In this document: positions 26,054-35,082 of the stretch, piece by piece
How the letters are laid out: every line of letters starts with the position of its first letter
Position numbering within the stretch: the stretch's first letter is position 1
Source: Lentisphaeria bacterium
GTDB lineage: Bacteria > Verrucomicrobiota > Lentisphaeria > JABSQK01 > JAWLHB01
Reading direction: 5' to 3'
DNA: 37,674 nt
Assembly: GCA_041690595.1 (NCBI GenBank)
Contig: JAWLHB010000062.1
Coordinates: 1 to 37,674 of the forward strand
The notes under the pieces: generated by a model
Seen by the model: only the letters and a program-made list of their open reading frames with translations
Databases searched by the model: none
What the model was told of the DNA's origin: nothing
Made by a program: the position numbers and the translations under genes

Positions 26054-28498
26054 ATGAAGGCGCAGAAAGCCGTGGTGATGTGTCTGTTGTTGGCGGGAGT
26101 GGTTTGCGGTCAGGAGGAGAAGCCGCTGGTGCTGGTGGCGCAGTCAATTCCGTATGCGCGCATCGTGGTGGCGGATATGCCGGATCATATGGGCATCAGC
26201 GAACAGGTGTGGCGACTCGACCGAACGCGAACCGTGCGGCACGCGGCGGAGATCCTGCAGGATTACATCCAGCGTTCGACGGGGGTGAGGGTGCCCATCG
26301 TCAATGCCTCGGCGGTCAGCGCGGGGCGGCCGTTGATACTTGTCGGGCGCAGCTCGTTGACGGACTTTGTCGAGAAGGAGCGCAGCAAGCTGGCGCCGGA
26401 AGGCTATCTGGTAAGGCGCGAGGGCAGACGCATCGCCATCGTCGGTGAGGTGGCTGGCGCGGATGCGCTATCGGAGTACCGGGGGGCCGACCGCGGCACG
26501 CTCTTCGGCGTCTATGCGTTTCTGGAGCAGACACTGGGCATTCGGTGGTACTTTCCGCATGAGCTGGGCATCGTGGTGCCGAAGCGTCCGAACCTGATCG
26601 TGAGCGCCCTGAAGCTGACGGAGGCGCCCGCCTTCCCGATGCGTACCGGCGCGGTCTATGACGATCCGGATGAAGGGGAGGCTGGTTTGTCTCTGCCGGT
26701 GGTGCGTCATGGGAACACGACCGGCTTTCATGCCAACCATACCTGCTACCACTGGTATAAGTTCGCCGAGTCGCATCCCCAGGTCTTTGCGATTGGCCAG
26801 GACGGCAAGCCGATGATCAACGCCGATGGTCCCGGCGGGAACAAGTGGAACCATCTCTGTTACAGCGAGCCGGATACGCTGGCGTTGGAGATGGAGCAGA
26901 TCCGCTCCTTCCATGAGCAGGGGGTTCAGTATACGGAGCTGTCGCTGCTGCCGAACGACCGCTACATTCGCTGCGTACCCAAGGATATCGAGAATATCTA
27001 TCACTGCAACTGCGAACGCTGCAAGGCGCAATGGCGGGAGGATCCGCCGGACTCGAAGCTCTCGGAGGTGATTTTCGGCTATATGGCGCGGCTGGCGGGA
27101 GAGATCGATGAGGAATACCCGGGCAAGCGGCTGGCCACCCTCGGATACTGCGGCTTCCTGCGGCCGCCCCGTTCGGTCGAGGTGCCTGACAATCTCGATG
27201 TCATGCTCTGCACCGTCATGGGCAACATGAAGCTCGTGTCGCCGGGACACTGGCAGGAGACAACGGGGGTGATCGAGGAGTGGTACACGGCACTGGGCGA
27301 GGACGCGTCGCGCCTCTTCGTCTTCGAATACCTGGTTTACCCCAGCAGTGATGCGCCGATGCTTTATCCGCACAAGCTGCAGGAGTGGGTACGCTTCATG
27401 CGCGGCAAGACTTCCGGTGGTTTCAGCAATGGAAGCCGACCGCGGGCCGGGACGGCGCGACATCGCTTTGCGCTGGTCAATGGCTGGTTCTGGCACAAAC
27501 TGCTGTGGAATCCGGATGCCGATGTCGATGCCCTTCTGGCGGGTTGGTACCGCGACCTCTTCGGGCCGGCCCGGGAACCGATGGCGGAGCTTTTTAACTC
27601 GGCGATCTCGGCATGGGAAGGGGCTCCATGGGGCAACAGCGTGAATCCGGGCGCCGTTTCTCACGTGCACGATCGCTTCATGTACGAACACGTCTACTCG
27701 GCCGAGCTGGTGTCGAAGATGGAGGCGCTTCTGAAGCAGGCGCGTGATGCTGCCGCCGGTGACGAGGAGGCGCTGCGGCGGGTCAACTACTTTGGCGAAG
27801 CTTTCGAGGAGTTCTTCGGCAAAGCGCACGAGTTTCAGGCAGCGGTCGGGCCGGCGCCCAGCCTGACTATTCCCTTGCTGCGGGAATCACCCGTCATCGA
27901 TGGCGAGGGGGGCGAAGCTGCCTGGGAGGGGGCTTCCGCAGTTGACCTTCGTGAGCGCCGACTGGGTGGCGATCCGGTTCTTGCTACCCGCATCCGCCTT
28001 GGCTATCGCGACCAGGTGCTGTATGTGGCCGCCACCTGCGCGACGGGGGGCGATCCGGTGCAGGCGGAGTCGCGCGCCCATGATGACGAGGCGATTCTTG
28101 GCGATGACTGCATCATTGTCGACCTTGCCTTTGCCAGCGAGAAGGTGCTGCTGTTGCCCATGTTCTATCGGATCGCGGTGAACGCGATGGGTGCATTCGC
28201 CGACGGCACACAGATTGTGCCGCTTGTCTATGAGGGGCTGCATCATACGCGTTGGAGCCCCTATTGGACACCGGTGGACCTTCAGGCCGCGGTGAGTTCC
28301 ACTGAGGATGGTTGGCAGGCCGAGGTGGCCATCCCGCTTTCGACTATTCCTGAATACACACCATCCTCCAGCTTTCGCCTGCAGGTACGGCGGCAAGTTC
28401 CTAAGCCGCGTCTGCAGCTCGCGTGGTCGCCCGAGCTGGTCGAGTCTTACGAAGTGGATCTCCAGCGCTTCGGCCGGATAGCGCTGGCCGCGGAGTGA
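26054..28498 (+). CDS. Secreted DUF4838-domain protein with C-terminal CBM9-like domain
   Basis: Signal peptide; AAEILQDYIQRSTG, GTLFGVYAFLE..LGIRWYFP, HLCYSEP, HCNCERC, KLLWNPD and FGPA.EPM. The C-terminus has PVIDG....AW, LYVA and WQAEVAIP. Confidence 0.85.
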   Translation: MKAQKAVVMCLLLAGVVCGQEEKPLVLVAQSIPYARIVVADMPDHMGISEQVWRLDRTRTVRHAAEILQDYIQRSTGVRVPIVNASAVSAGRPLILVGRSSLTDFVEKERSKLAPEGYLVRREGRRIAIVGEVAGADALSEYRGADRGTLFGVYAFLEQTLGIRWYFPHELGIVVPKRPNLIVSALKLTEAPAFPMRTGAVYDDPDEGEAGLSLPVVRHGNTTGFHANHTCYHWYKFAESHPQVFAIGQDGKPMINADGPGGNKWNHLCYSEPDTLALEMEQIRSFHEQGVQYTELSLLPNDRYIRCVPKDIENIYHCNCERCKAQWREDPPDSKLSEVIFGYMARLAGEIDEEYPGKRLATLGYCGFLRPPRSVEVPDNLDVMLCTVMGNMKLVSPGHWQETTGVIEEWYTALGEDASRLFVFEYLVYPSSDAPMLYPHKLQEWVRFMRGKTSGGFSNGSRPRAGTARHRFALVNGWFWHKLLWNPDADVDALLAGWYRDLFGPAREPMAELFNSAISAWEGAPWGNSVNPGAVSHVHDRFMYEHVYSAELVSKMEALLKQARDAAAGDEEALRRVNYFGEAFEEFFGKAHEFQAAVGPAPSLTIPLLRESPVIDGEGGEAAWEGASAVDLRERRLGGDPVLATRIRLGYRDQVLYVAATCATGGDPVQAESRAHDDEAILGDDCIIVDLAFASEKVLLLPMFYRIAVNAMGAFADGTQIVPLVYEGLHHTRWSPYWTPVDLQAAVSSTEDGWQAEVAIPLSTIPEYTPSSSFRLQVRRQVPKPRLQLAWSPELVESYEVDLQRFGRIALAAE

Positions 28499-28510
28499 AT
28501 CGAGCTGCGC

Positions 28511-29362
28511 CTATGCTGGCGCTTGGCGCAGGAAGCTGGAGACGTGGTGATGGAAGGCTTCCGGTTCGTCCGTGGGGATCAAATGTCCACTATTTTCCAT
28601 GACGATGAAGTGAGCGCCGGGGATGCGGTCTGCCATCACCTGACCTTGGGCCGCCGAGGTGATCCAGTCGTGCCGGCCGGAGAGGATCAGGGTGGGGCAG
28701 GTGATCTCGTGCAGTCGTGGCCGCCAGTCGAAGTGGCGGAGGAAGCCGCCGAAGCCGAGGTTGAGCGCGTCGAGATTGGTGACGTTTGGCCGCCATGCGG
28801 CGGCGAAGGTCTCTTCATCGAAGGTCTGCGAGTAGAGAGGCCCCATGAGCCGATAGTACTCGCGCAGTTGTTCATCACTGGCGAAGGTGCCATCCCAGAG
28901 ATGACGGCAGATCGCCTGCTGGGCGTACGTACCGTGGCTGGTGACGAACGCTCGGGCCTCGGTGATGAAGCCGTGGCTGGGTGCGGTGGCAAGGAGGATC
29001 AGGCGGGTCGTATGGCTAGGATGGCGAATCGCGTAGCCCTGTGCCACCATGCCGCCATAGGAGTAACCAAGGAGGGCAATGCGCTCCAGGCCGAGGTGTG
29101 CCCGCAGAGCCTCGATGTCCTGGATATTCTGCTCCAGCGTGCAACTCTCCCGCGGGGCGGGCTTGCTCTGGCCGCAGCCTCGGTGATCGACGTAGACGAG
29201 CTGCGCCCACTCGCGGAAGTCGAAGGCGGGAGTTTTGAGCCCGGTGTGATCGCCTCCGGGACCGCCGTGCAGCAGAAAGAGGGCCTCTCGCTGGGAACCG
29301 TCTCGCCAGCCGGCCCCATCGATGTCGAAGAAGAGGCGCGCGTCGGCCAATTGCATGTACAT
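28511..29362 (-). CDS. Alpha/beta hydrolase, proline iminopeptidase-like (S33)
   Basis: LHGGPG, DHRGCGQS, GYSYGG nucleophile elbow, GRHD and SGH. Start at ATG 29362 after SD GAGGT. Confidence 0.88.
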   Translation of the reverse strand: MYMQLADARLFFDIDGAGWRDGSQREALFLLHGGPGGDHTGLKTPAFDFREWAQLVYVDHRGCGQSKPAPRESCTLEQNIQDIEALRAHLGLERIALLGYSYGGMVAQGYAIRHPSHTTRLILLATAPSHGFITEARAFVTSHGTYAQQAICRHLWDGTFASDEQLREYYRLMGPLYSQTFDEETFAAAWRPNVTNLDALNLGFGGFLRHFDWRPRLHEITCPTLILSGRHDWITSAAQGQVMADRIPGAHFIVMENSGHLIPTDEPEAFHHHVSSFLRQAPA

Positions 29363-29410
29363 GGTGTACCTCATGGTGAAGAGCACGTAGTGCGGAGCTT
29401 TTCTCGGGTT

Positions 29411-29438
29411 AGGTTAACGATTCGCGCGGGGTTGTCAA
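29411..29438 (-). promoter_or_regulatory. Putative sigma70 promoter of the hydrolase gene
   Basis: On the minus strand: TTGACA, 16-nt spacer, TAACCT. Confidence 0.55.
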
Positions 29439-29588
29439 GGAGGTGAAGATGGAGAGATCTTTCACGGAGTTTTTTTGCGAGAGGGGTATAAGTCCGCTTG
29501 CAGCCGATTACAGTAGTGGGCGAATGCCGTGGCGCTGCCATTTGTGTGGCAGACGCAAGGGATCATCACATCAACAAAGGCTTTTTTC

Positions 29589-30809
29589 ATGGGCAAGGCA
29601 CCAGCGGCGGCAGCCAGACGCTTCAGCGAATGGCGGTACGGTATGTTCATTCATTTCGGACTGTTCAGTATCATGGGGCGGCATGAATGGGCGATGTGCT
29701 ATGAACGGATTCCATTCGAGGAGTATCGGCCGCTGATTGACCGGTTTGATCCCAAGCCGGGGTGTGTGCGCCGATGGCTCGAGCTGGCGAAGGAAGCCGG
29801 AATGCGATATGCCTGCCTGACTACGCGGCATCATGAAGGATTCTGCCTCTTCGACAGCGCGCAGACCGACTTCCAGGTGATGCATTCGCCGGCCGGCCGC
29901 GATCTAGTTGCCGAGTACGTGGAGGCTTGCCGCGATCTGGATCTGGGCGTGGGGCTTTATTATTCCGTGGCGGATTGGGGGGACAAGGGCTTCGTGGCGG
30001 GGCCGATCGCCGATCCCGGCGGCTGGCAACGCTTTGTCGATGTTGCCCATGCGCAGCTGGAGGAGTTGATGACGTCGTATGGCGAGATCTCATACCTCTT
30101 CTATGATGGTTGCCCGCCGCCGGAGAGCTGGGGGGCCGCGGAGATCAACGAGAAGATCCGCGGCTGGCAGCCGGATATTCTGATCAGTGACCGGTGCTCG
30201 CTGGACGAGGATGTGAAGTCCGCGGAAGGATTCACGATCGGGGATCCGGGGAAACTGTGGGAGTCCTGCATTACCAGCAACAAGAGCTGGGGCTTCAACT
30301 ATGGCGATACCTGCTGGAAGCATGCGCGGGAGCTGGTGGAATTGCTGCAGGTCTGCGCGCACAACGGCGGCAACCTGCTCTTCAACATCGGCCCTGATGG
30401 CAGCGGCGAGGTTCCTGCTCCAGCGGTTGAGTTGCTGCGCGAGGCCGGCGCCTGGGTGCAACGCAACGGCGAAGCCATCTTCGGGACGGATGCCCATCCT
30501 TTCAACTATGCCGATCAGAAGCTTTCGACCGCCAAAGGCAACACCGCCTATCTGCCGCTGCACTACTACCACGGTCGTGAAAGTACGATCGCGGGTATCG
30601 CCAACCGGGTACTTGGCGCGCGGATTCTGGGGACGGATCAGCCGGTGGCGTTTCGGCAGGAGGGAGCGCGGGTCTTCCTGGATGGTTTGCCTGAAGCCGC
30701 ACCGGACCCTTTGCTGACGGTAATCGCGTTGGATCTGGATGGCGCACCTGCCGCCATTCCGCATCCTTTGATGGGAAAGGCCAAGTACGAGGAGGTGCAG
30801 GAAGCATGA
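29589..30809 (+). CDS. GH29 alpha-L-fucosidase, cytoplasmic
   Basis: YGMFIHFG, AKEAGMRY..LTTRHHEGFCLF, GLYYS..DW, LFYDG, WESC, SWG, GGNLLFNIGP and NGEAIFGT. No signal peptide. Confidence 0.9.
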   Translation: MGKAPAAAARRFSEWRYGMFIHFGLFSIMGRHEWAMCYERIPFEEYRPLIDRFDPKPGCVRRWLELAKEAGMRYACLTTRHHEGFCLFDSAQTDFQVMHSPAGRDLVAEYVEACRDLDLGVGLYYSVADWGDKGFVAGPIADPGGWQRFVDVAHAQLEELMTSYGEISYLFYDGCPPPESWGAAEINEKIRGWQPDILISDRCSLDEDVKSAEGFTIGDPGKLWESCITSNKSWGFNYGDTCWKHARELVELLQVCAHNGGNLLFNIGPDGSGEVPAPAVELLREAGAWVQRNGEAIFGTDAHPFNYADQKLSTAKGNTAYLPLHYYHGRESTIAGIANRVLGARILGTDQPVAFRQEGARVFLDGLPEAAPDPLLTVIALDLDGAPAAIPHPLMGKAKYEEVQEA

Positions 30810-32119
30810 AGTATCCTGACCATGAGCGATTTGTGTGGTTCGAGGAGCATGCGCGGACGATCATCGGCAGTTGCCGGCGGGTGGCCGCATCGGTGCCCGG
30901 GTGGCGCGCGGATGCCGTGGCGGTCTATGTGCCGGGCGGGGATGACAAGTATCCGAGCTTCTGGATACGCGATGCCGTCATGCAATGCCGCAGCGGGCTG
31001 ATACCGGAAGGGGAAATGCTCGACATGCTGCGCATCATGCTGCGTTTTCAGAATGGGCCGCAGGTGCGGCGGCTCGCCAATGGGTTGCGGGTGACGCCCT
31101 GGGCCTTTGCCGATCATATCAATCTGCCAGGGTTGGGTGAGGCATCCTTCACGCCGCCCGGCGCGGTTTTCTACCCTGGGACCTACCAGAGCGGCGATGA
31201 CCAGGGCACCGGTCGCTTCGGCTTCCGGCCGGCGGATGACGATGTCTACGAGGTGATCGAGCTGACGGCATTGCTGACGGAGCAACTGGGCGAGGCTGGT
31301 GGCCGCGAGCTTCTGGCGGAAGAGGTGGAGGGGATGGCGGTGCTGGAGCGGCTGTTGCTTGGCTTCGAGGCCATGCCGGTCGACAAGGCAACGGGACTGC
31401 CGCGTAACCGGCCGGACGATTGGGCGGCTGCCAGCTTCCATGATGCCCTGATTCCGATGGGCTTGATTGCCTTCACCGGGGTGCTGCGGGCGCGTGCCGC
31501 GACTCGCTTGTCTCGACTCTGCGCTCTGGCAAGACGGCAATCGACGGCGATTGGCTATCGCCGGATGGCGACGTCGTTGGGTGAGGCGCTCGCCAGGGAA
31601 CTGCAGCGGCCGGACGGCTGGCTCAACATGGCGACAGAGGTGAACCGCCAGCCGGATCTGTGGGCTACGAGCATGGCACTCTATGAGGAAGTCCTGCCCG
31701 AGGATGCGGCCCGAAAGGCGGGCGAGGCTTTGCTTGCGGCTTGCCGGGCAGCCACCATCGTCGATCCGACCAGCGGGTATCTGCGGCACACGCCCATCAC
31801 CGCGGATGTGGCTCCTGGCCGTCGCATCTATGAACATCAGGTCGAAGACGGTCCCTGCGACACCTATCAGACGGGTGGCTACTGGCCGCAGTGCATCGGT
31901 TTTGTCTGCTGGGCACTGCATCGCGTGGACCCGCAACTCGCGAACGAGCTGGCGGTGGCCTTTATCGATCATACGCGCCGGCATATCGAGGAGGGGGCGC
32001 CGGTGGAATGGCTGTATCCCGGTGCTGAGCTGCCGGCGAATGGTCGGCTGTATGGCCCGTCCGCGGCGCTGCCGCTGGCGGCGTTTCGCCGATTGAGCCA
32101 GGTGGAGAAGCAGGTATGA
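30806..32119 (+). CDS. Putative (alpha/alpha)6 six-hairpin glycoside hydrolase
   Basis: YPSFWIRD, F.D, PDLW, YQTGGYW and a late Glu in PVEW. ATGA-coupled to the fucosidase. Confidence 0.6.
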   Translation: MKYPDHERFVWFEEHARTIIGSCRRVAASVPGWRADAVAVYVPGGDDKYPSFWIRDAVMQCRSGLIPEGEMLDMLRIMLRFQNGPQVRRLANGLRVTPWAFADHINLPGLGEASFTPPGAVFYPGTYQSGDDQGTGRFGFRPADDDVYEVIELTALLTEQLGEAGGRELLAEEVEGMAVLERLLLGFEAMPVDKATGLPRNRPDDWAAASFHDALIPMGLIAFTGVLRARAATRLSRLCALARRQSTAIGYRRMATSLGEALARELQRPDGWLNMATEVNRQPDLWATSMALYEEVLPEDAARKAGEALLAACRAATIVDPTSGYLRHTPITADVAPGRRIYEHQVEDGPCDTYQTGGYWPQCIGFVCWALHRVDPQLANELAVAFIDHTRRHIEEGAPVEWLYPGAELPANGRLYGPSAALPLAAFRRLSQVEKQV

Positions 32120-33348
32120 ATCTCGATTTGCCGTGGTGGCAGGAGCGGCTGTCACCGCTGGCGGAGGATCTCCGGTGGCTGGACGAGCAGGCGGTGGAGA
32201 GCGTGGCGGCGGCGACCCGGCACGACGGCGGCTACGCCTGGTGCGGGCCGGGCGGTCCCTATTCCAGCCTCTTCATCCGCGACTACCTGTACGTGATCGA
32301 ATCGTGTCCCGAGCTTTTCGGCGCGGATAACATTCGCGGGGCGCTGGTGGAGTTGCTGTCGCTGCAGCGGGCCGACGGGGGGCTGCCGACGGCTTTCACG
32401 CCAGGTTCAGGTGGCGTTCCCCGGTACGTGACGCTGAGCGACGATCCGGAGGGGACGACCGATGCGGACAATGCGCCGATGGCGGTCAAGATTGCCGATG
32501 TCTGGTATCGTCTCAGCGCCGATCGCGAAGGGCTGCGGGAGATTTATCCCGCGCTGGTTCGGGCGATGGGGCAGGTGCCGAGGAATGCGCAGGGGCTGGT
32601 GTGGATCGACCCGCAACGTCGCCATACCGGCTATGGTTTCACGGACCAGGTCTACAAGACGGGGGCGGAGCTTTTTTCGAGCCTGCTCTTCTGGGAAGCG
32701 TGCGGTATGATGAGTCGTTTTGCCGAGGCACTCGGGCTCAAGGCGGATGCCGCCGGCTTTCGCGAGAGCATGGACCGGCTGGTGAAGGGGCTGGAGTGTC
32801 TGTGGGACGAAAAGGCCGGTGCCTATATGGCCACCAGCATCAGCGACGGGGTACCGGATGTATGGGGGAATGCCTACCTCTGCTGGCTGTCGGTGCCGGT
32901 AGGCGCGAAGCTGGAGCGGGTGCGACGCTTTCTGGTGAAGCGCTATGGCGACTATGCCTGGCATGGACAGGTGCGCCATCTGCTCCGCGGCGATCGATGG
33001 TCGCGGACGCTGCATGACGAGGTGATGGCCGGGCGCCTGCCGCGTGAGGAGTATCCCTGGCTCTTTGCCGGCAAGTACAGCGAGGGTTACTACCAGTTCG
33101 GTGCCTACTGGGCGCTGCCCTCGGGATGGGTATTCGAGGCGCTGCGCCACCTGGATCCGGAACTTGCCGTGGAGCATGTGTGTGACCTTGTGGCCGACTT
33201 TCTGGTTGACGGCATTTATGAGTGCGTCACCGCCGACTACAGCAAGGGGCCGGCAGGTTACGTGGCAAGCATCTGCCCGATTGTCGGAGCGCTCAAGCGG
33301 GCGCTTGGGCTGGACTGGTCGTCACCGCTGCGGGAGTGGGAGGGATGA
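32116..33348 (+). CDS. Putative (alpha/alpha)6 six-hairpin glycoside hydrolase, paralog-like to the upstream gene
   Basis: YSSLFIRD, QRADGGLP, YGFTD, PDVWG, YQFGAYW and IYEC. ATGA coupling. Confidence 0.65.
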   Translation: MNLDLPWWQERLSPLAEDLRWLDEQAVESVAAATRHDGGYAWCGPGGPYSSLFIRDYLYVIESCPELFGADNIRGALVELLSLQRADGGLPTAFTPGSGGVPRYVTLSDDPEGTTDADNAPMAVKIADVWYRLSADREGLREIYPALVRAMGQVPRNAQGLVWIDPQRRHTGYGFTDQVYKTGAELFSSLLFWEACGMMSRFAEALGLKADAAGFRESMDRLVKGLECLWDEKAGAYMATSISDGVPDVWGNAYLCWLSVPVGAKLERVRRFLVKRYGDYAWHGQVRHLLRGDRWSRTLHDEVMAGRLPREEYPWLFAGKYSEGYYQFGAYWALPSGWVFEALRHLDPELAVEHVCDLVADFLVDGIYECVTADYSKGPAGYVASICPIVGALKRALGLDWSSPLREWEG

Positions 33349-33351
33349 TCG

Positions 33352-33741
33352 TCAGTTGTTCACGTCGATGTTACTTGCTCGTTTCTGGGCCATGCGGCTC
33401 CACTGGTGATCGGGGTATCGGGTCATGAAAGCCGTATACCATTGCTGGGCTTCATTGTGGCGGCCGGAGCACTCATGGCTGAGGGCCAGGAAGTAGGTGC
33501 CTTTGGCCTGCCACCAGGCCTGGGGCCAGTGGCTCAGCCCTTCCTGAAGGAGGTCGGCCGCGCATTCGTAGCGCCAGAGGCGCATGTTGACGCGGCTCGC
33601 CATGTAGACGAGTCCAGGGGCCCACTCGGCATCGCGATGATTCGGCTTCATCGCGATGCGGGCGGCCTGTTCGCTGGCGAACGGCAGTATGAAGGCTCCG
33701 GCGAGCAATCCGAGAATGGCGACTATGATGAACAAGCGCAT
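33352..33741 (-). CDS. Small exported or membrane-anchored TPR-like protein
   Basis: Hydrophobic N-terminus; YFLA..HE..G...EA...Y..F..RYP...W...A..R is a TPR C-terminal pattern; SD AGGA. Confidence 0.65.
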   Translation of the reverse strand: MRLFIIVAILGLLAGAFILPFASEQAARIAMKPNHRDAEWAPGLVYMASRVNMRLWRYECAADLLQEGLSHWPQAWWQAKGTYFLALSHECSGRHNEAQQWYTAFMTRYPDHQWSRMAQKRASNIDVNN

Positions 33742-33879
33742 ATGAATTTCCTGCAATCAAAGGGGTTATAACTCCCTTAGTAGCAGAGCAGATGCCAACC
33801 GAAAAACCGAGGTGACGCGGCTGGCGCGCAGTCCATTTGCAGTACACCGTGGACTCCAAACGCTACCATTCGCCCGTGG

Positions 33880-35082
33880 TTATTTGCGCTCGAGGACCAC
33901 GGCCGACTCGAAGTGTGCAGTCTGTGGAAACATGTCGAAGAGGGCGAGCTTCGAGATGGTGTAACCAGTGCGGTCGAGAAGTCGTTTGAGATCTCGCGAG
34001 AGGCTGGTCGGATTGCAGGAGACGTAGAAGATGCGGGAGGGACGCCAGTCGGCGAGGGCGTCGATGACGGATTTTTCGCAGCCGCCGCGCGGCGGGTCTA
34101 TGATCACCAGCGTCTTGTCCGGGTTCTTCATCTCGTCCAGGAGGGAGGGCAGGACCGACTCGACGGGGCCGCCTTTAAGGATCGCTTTCTTGAAATCCCA
34201 CTGGCTCGCGTTGAAGCGGGCGGCCTTGACGCTTTCGCGATCACGCTCGATACCGATCACGCGCTGGGCTTTGTTGCCGATGGTAAGGGCAAAGATGCCA
34301 ACGCCGCAGTAGAGGTCGATGAGCACCTTGGACGGCGCGGCCTTCGCCTGCTGCTGGAGCCAGCGGACCATGGCGTCGGCGACAAAGTCGTTGACCTGGG
34401 TGAAGGCGGTGAGCGGCACGTTGATGCGGTGCCCGAGGATGGATTCGCGAAGCCAGGGGGCGTGCTTGGCGCCTTTGCCATAATAACGGAAGACACGGTT
34501 GTTCTCGGCTCGGCGTAGGGTGAGGGGGACGGGGCGTACGTCCTGAGCCTGAAGGGCGTCGATGGCACTCTGCAGATGCGGGTTGGCGATGGGGCAGGTG
34601 GCGACGGGGATGATGCTGCCGCCGTCAAGGGTATGGTAGCCATAGGCGGGATTGTCTTCCGCATCGCGGGTGGGGTGGAGGACCACCTTGTTGCGATAGC
34701 CGTAGACTTCGTCGCTGGCCACAACAGGTTCGACGGGCGGCAGTTCTTCGAGATGGCCGATGCGCTGGAGCGCAGCCAGGAGCTGCTTCGTCTTGACCTG
34801 CAGCTCGGTGTTGGGATCCAGATGCTGATACTGGCAGCCGCCGCACGTGCCGTAGTAGGGGCACTTTGGGGTGGTGCGGCCGGGGCCTGCCTTGAGCAGC
34901 TCGACCAGCTCGGCGCGGGCAAAGCTCTTCTTGCGTTCGGTGAGGCGTATGCGGGCGAGATCGCCGATGGCGGTGAAGGGAACGAAGACGGCCATGCCGT
35001 CGGGAAGATGACCGACGCCGTCGCCGCCGTAGGCGATGTCGCCGATCTCGAGGTCAAAAAGGTCACTGTCAGGATTAGTCAT
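33880..35082 (-). CDS. rlmD: TrmA/RlmD-family RNA (uracil-C5)-methyltransferase
   Basis: TRAM domain; CPYYGTCGGC...C (4Fe-4S), DLYCGVG, DPPRGG, YVSCNP and DMFPQTAHFE. Start at 35082 by ATGA overlap with the HAD gene. Confidence 0.88.
   Translation of the reverse strand: MTNPDSDLFDLEIGDIAYGGDGVGHLPDGMAVFVPFTAIGDLARIRLTERKKSFARAELVELLKAGPGRTTPKCPYYGTCGGCQYQHLDPNTELQVKTKQLLAALQRIGHLEELPPVEPVVASDEVYGYRNKVVLHPTRDAEDNPAYGYHTLDGGSIIPVATCPIANPHLQSAIDALQAQDVRPVPLTLRRAENNRVFRYYGKGAKHAPWLRESILGHRINVPLTAFTQVNDFVADAMVRWLQQQAKAAPSKVLIDLYCGVGIFALTIGNKAQRVIGIERDRESVKAARFNASQWDFKKAILKGGPVESVLPSLLDEMKNPDKTLVIIDPPRGGCEKSVIDALADWRPSRIFYVSCNPTSLSRDLKRLLDRTGYTISKLALFDMFPQTAHFESAVVLERK

Noticed and set aside
33757..33879. 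Riboswitch or ncRNA between rlmD and the TPR gene, and in 1650-1950
   Set aside because: Only short hairpins; no recognisable riboswitch, tRNA or T-box consensus.
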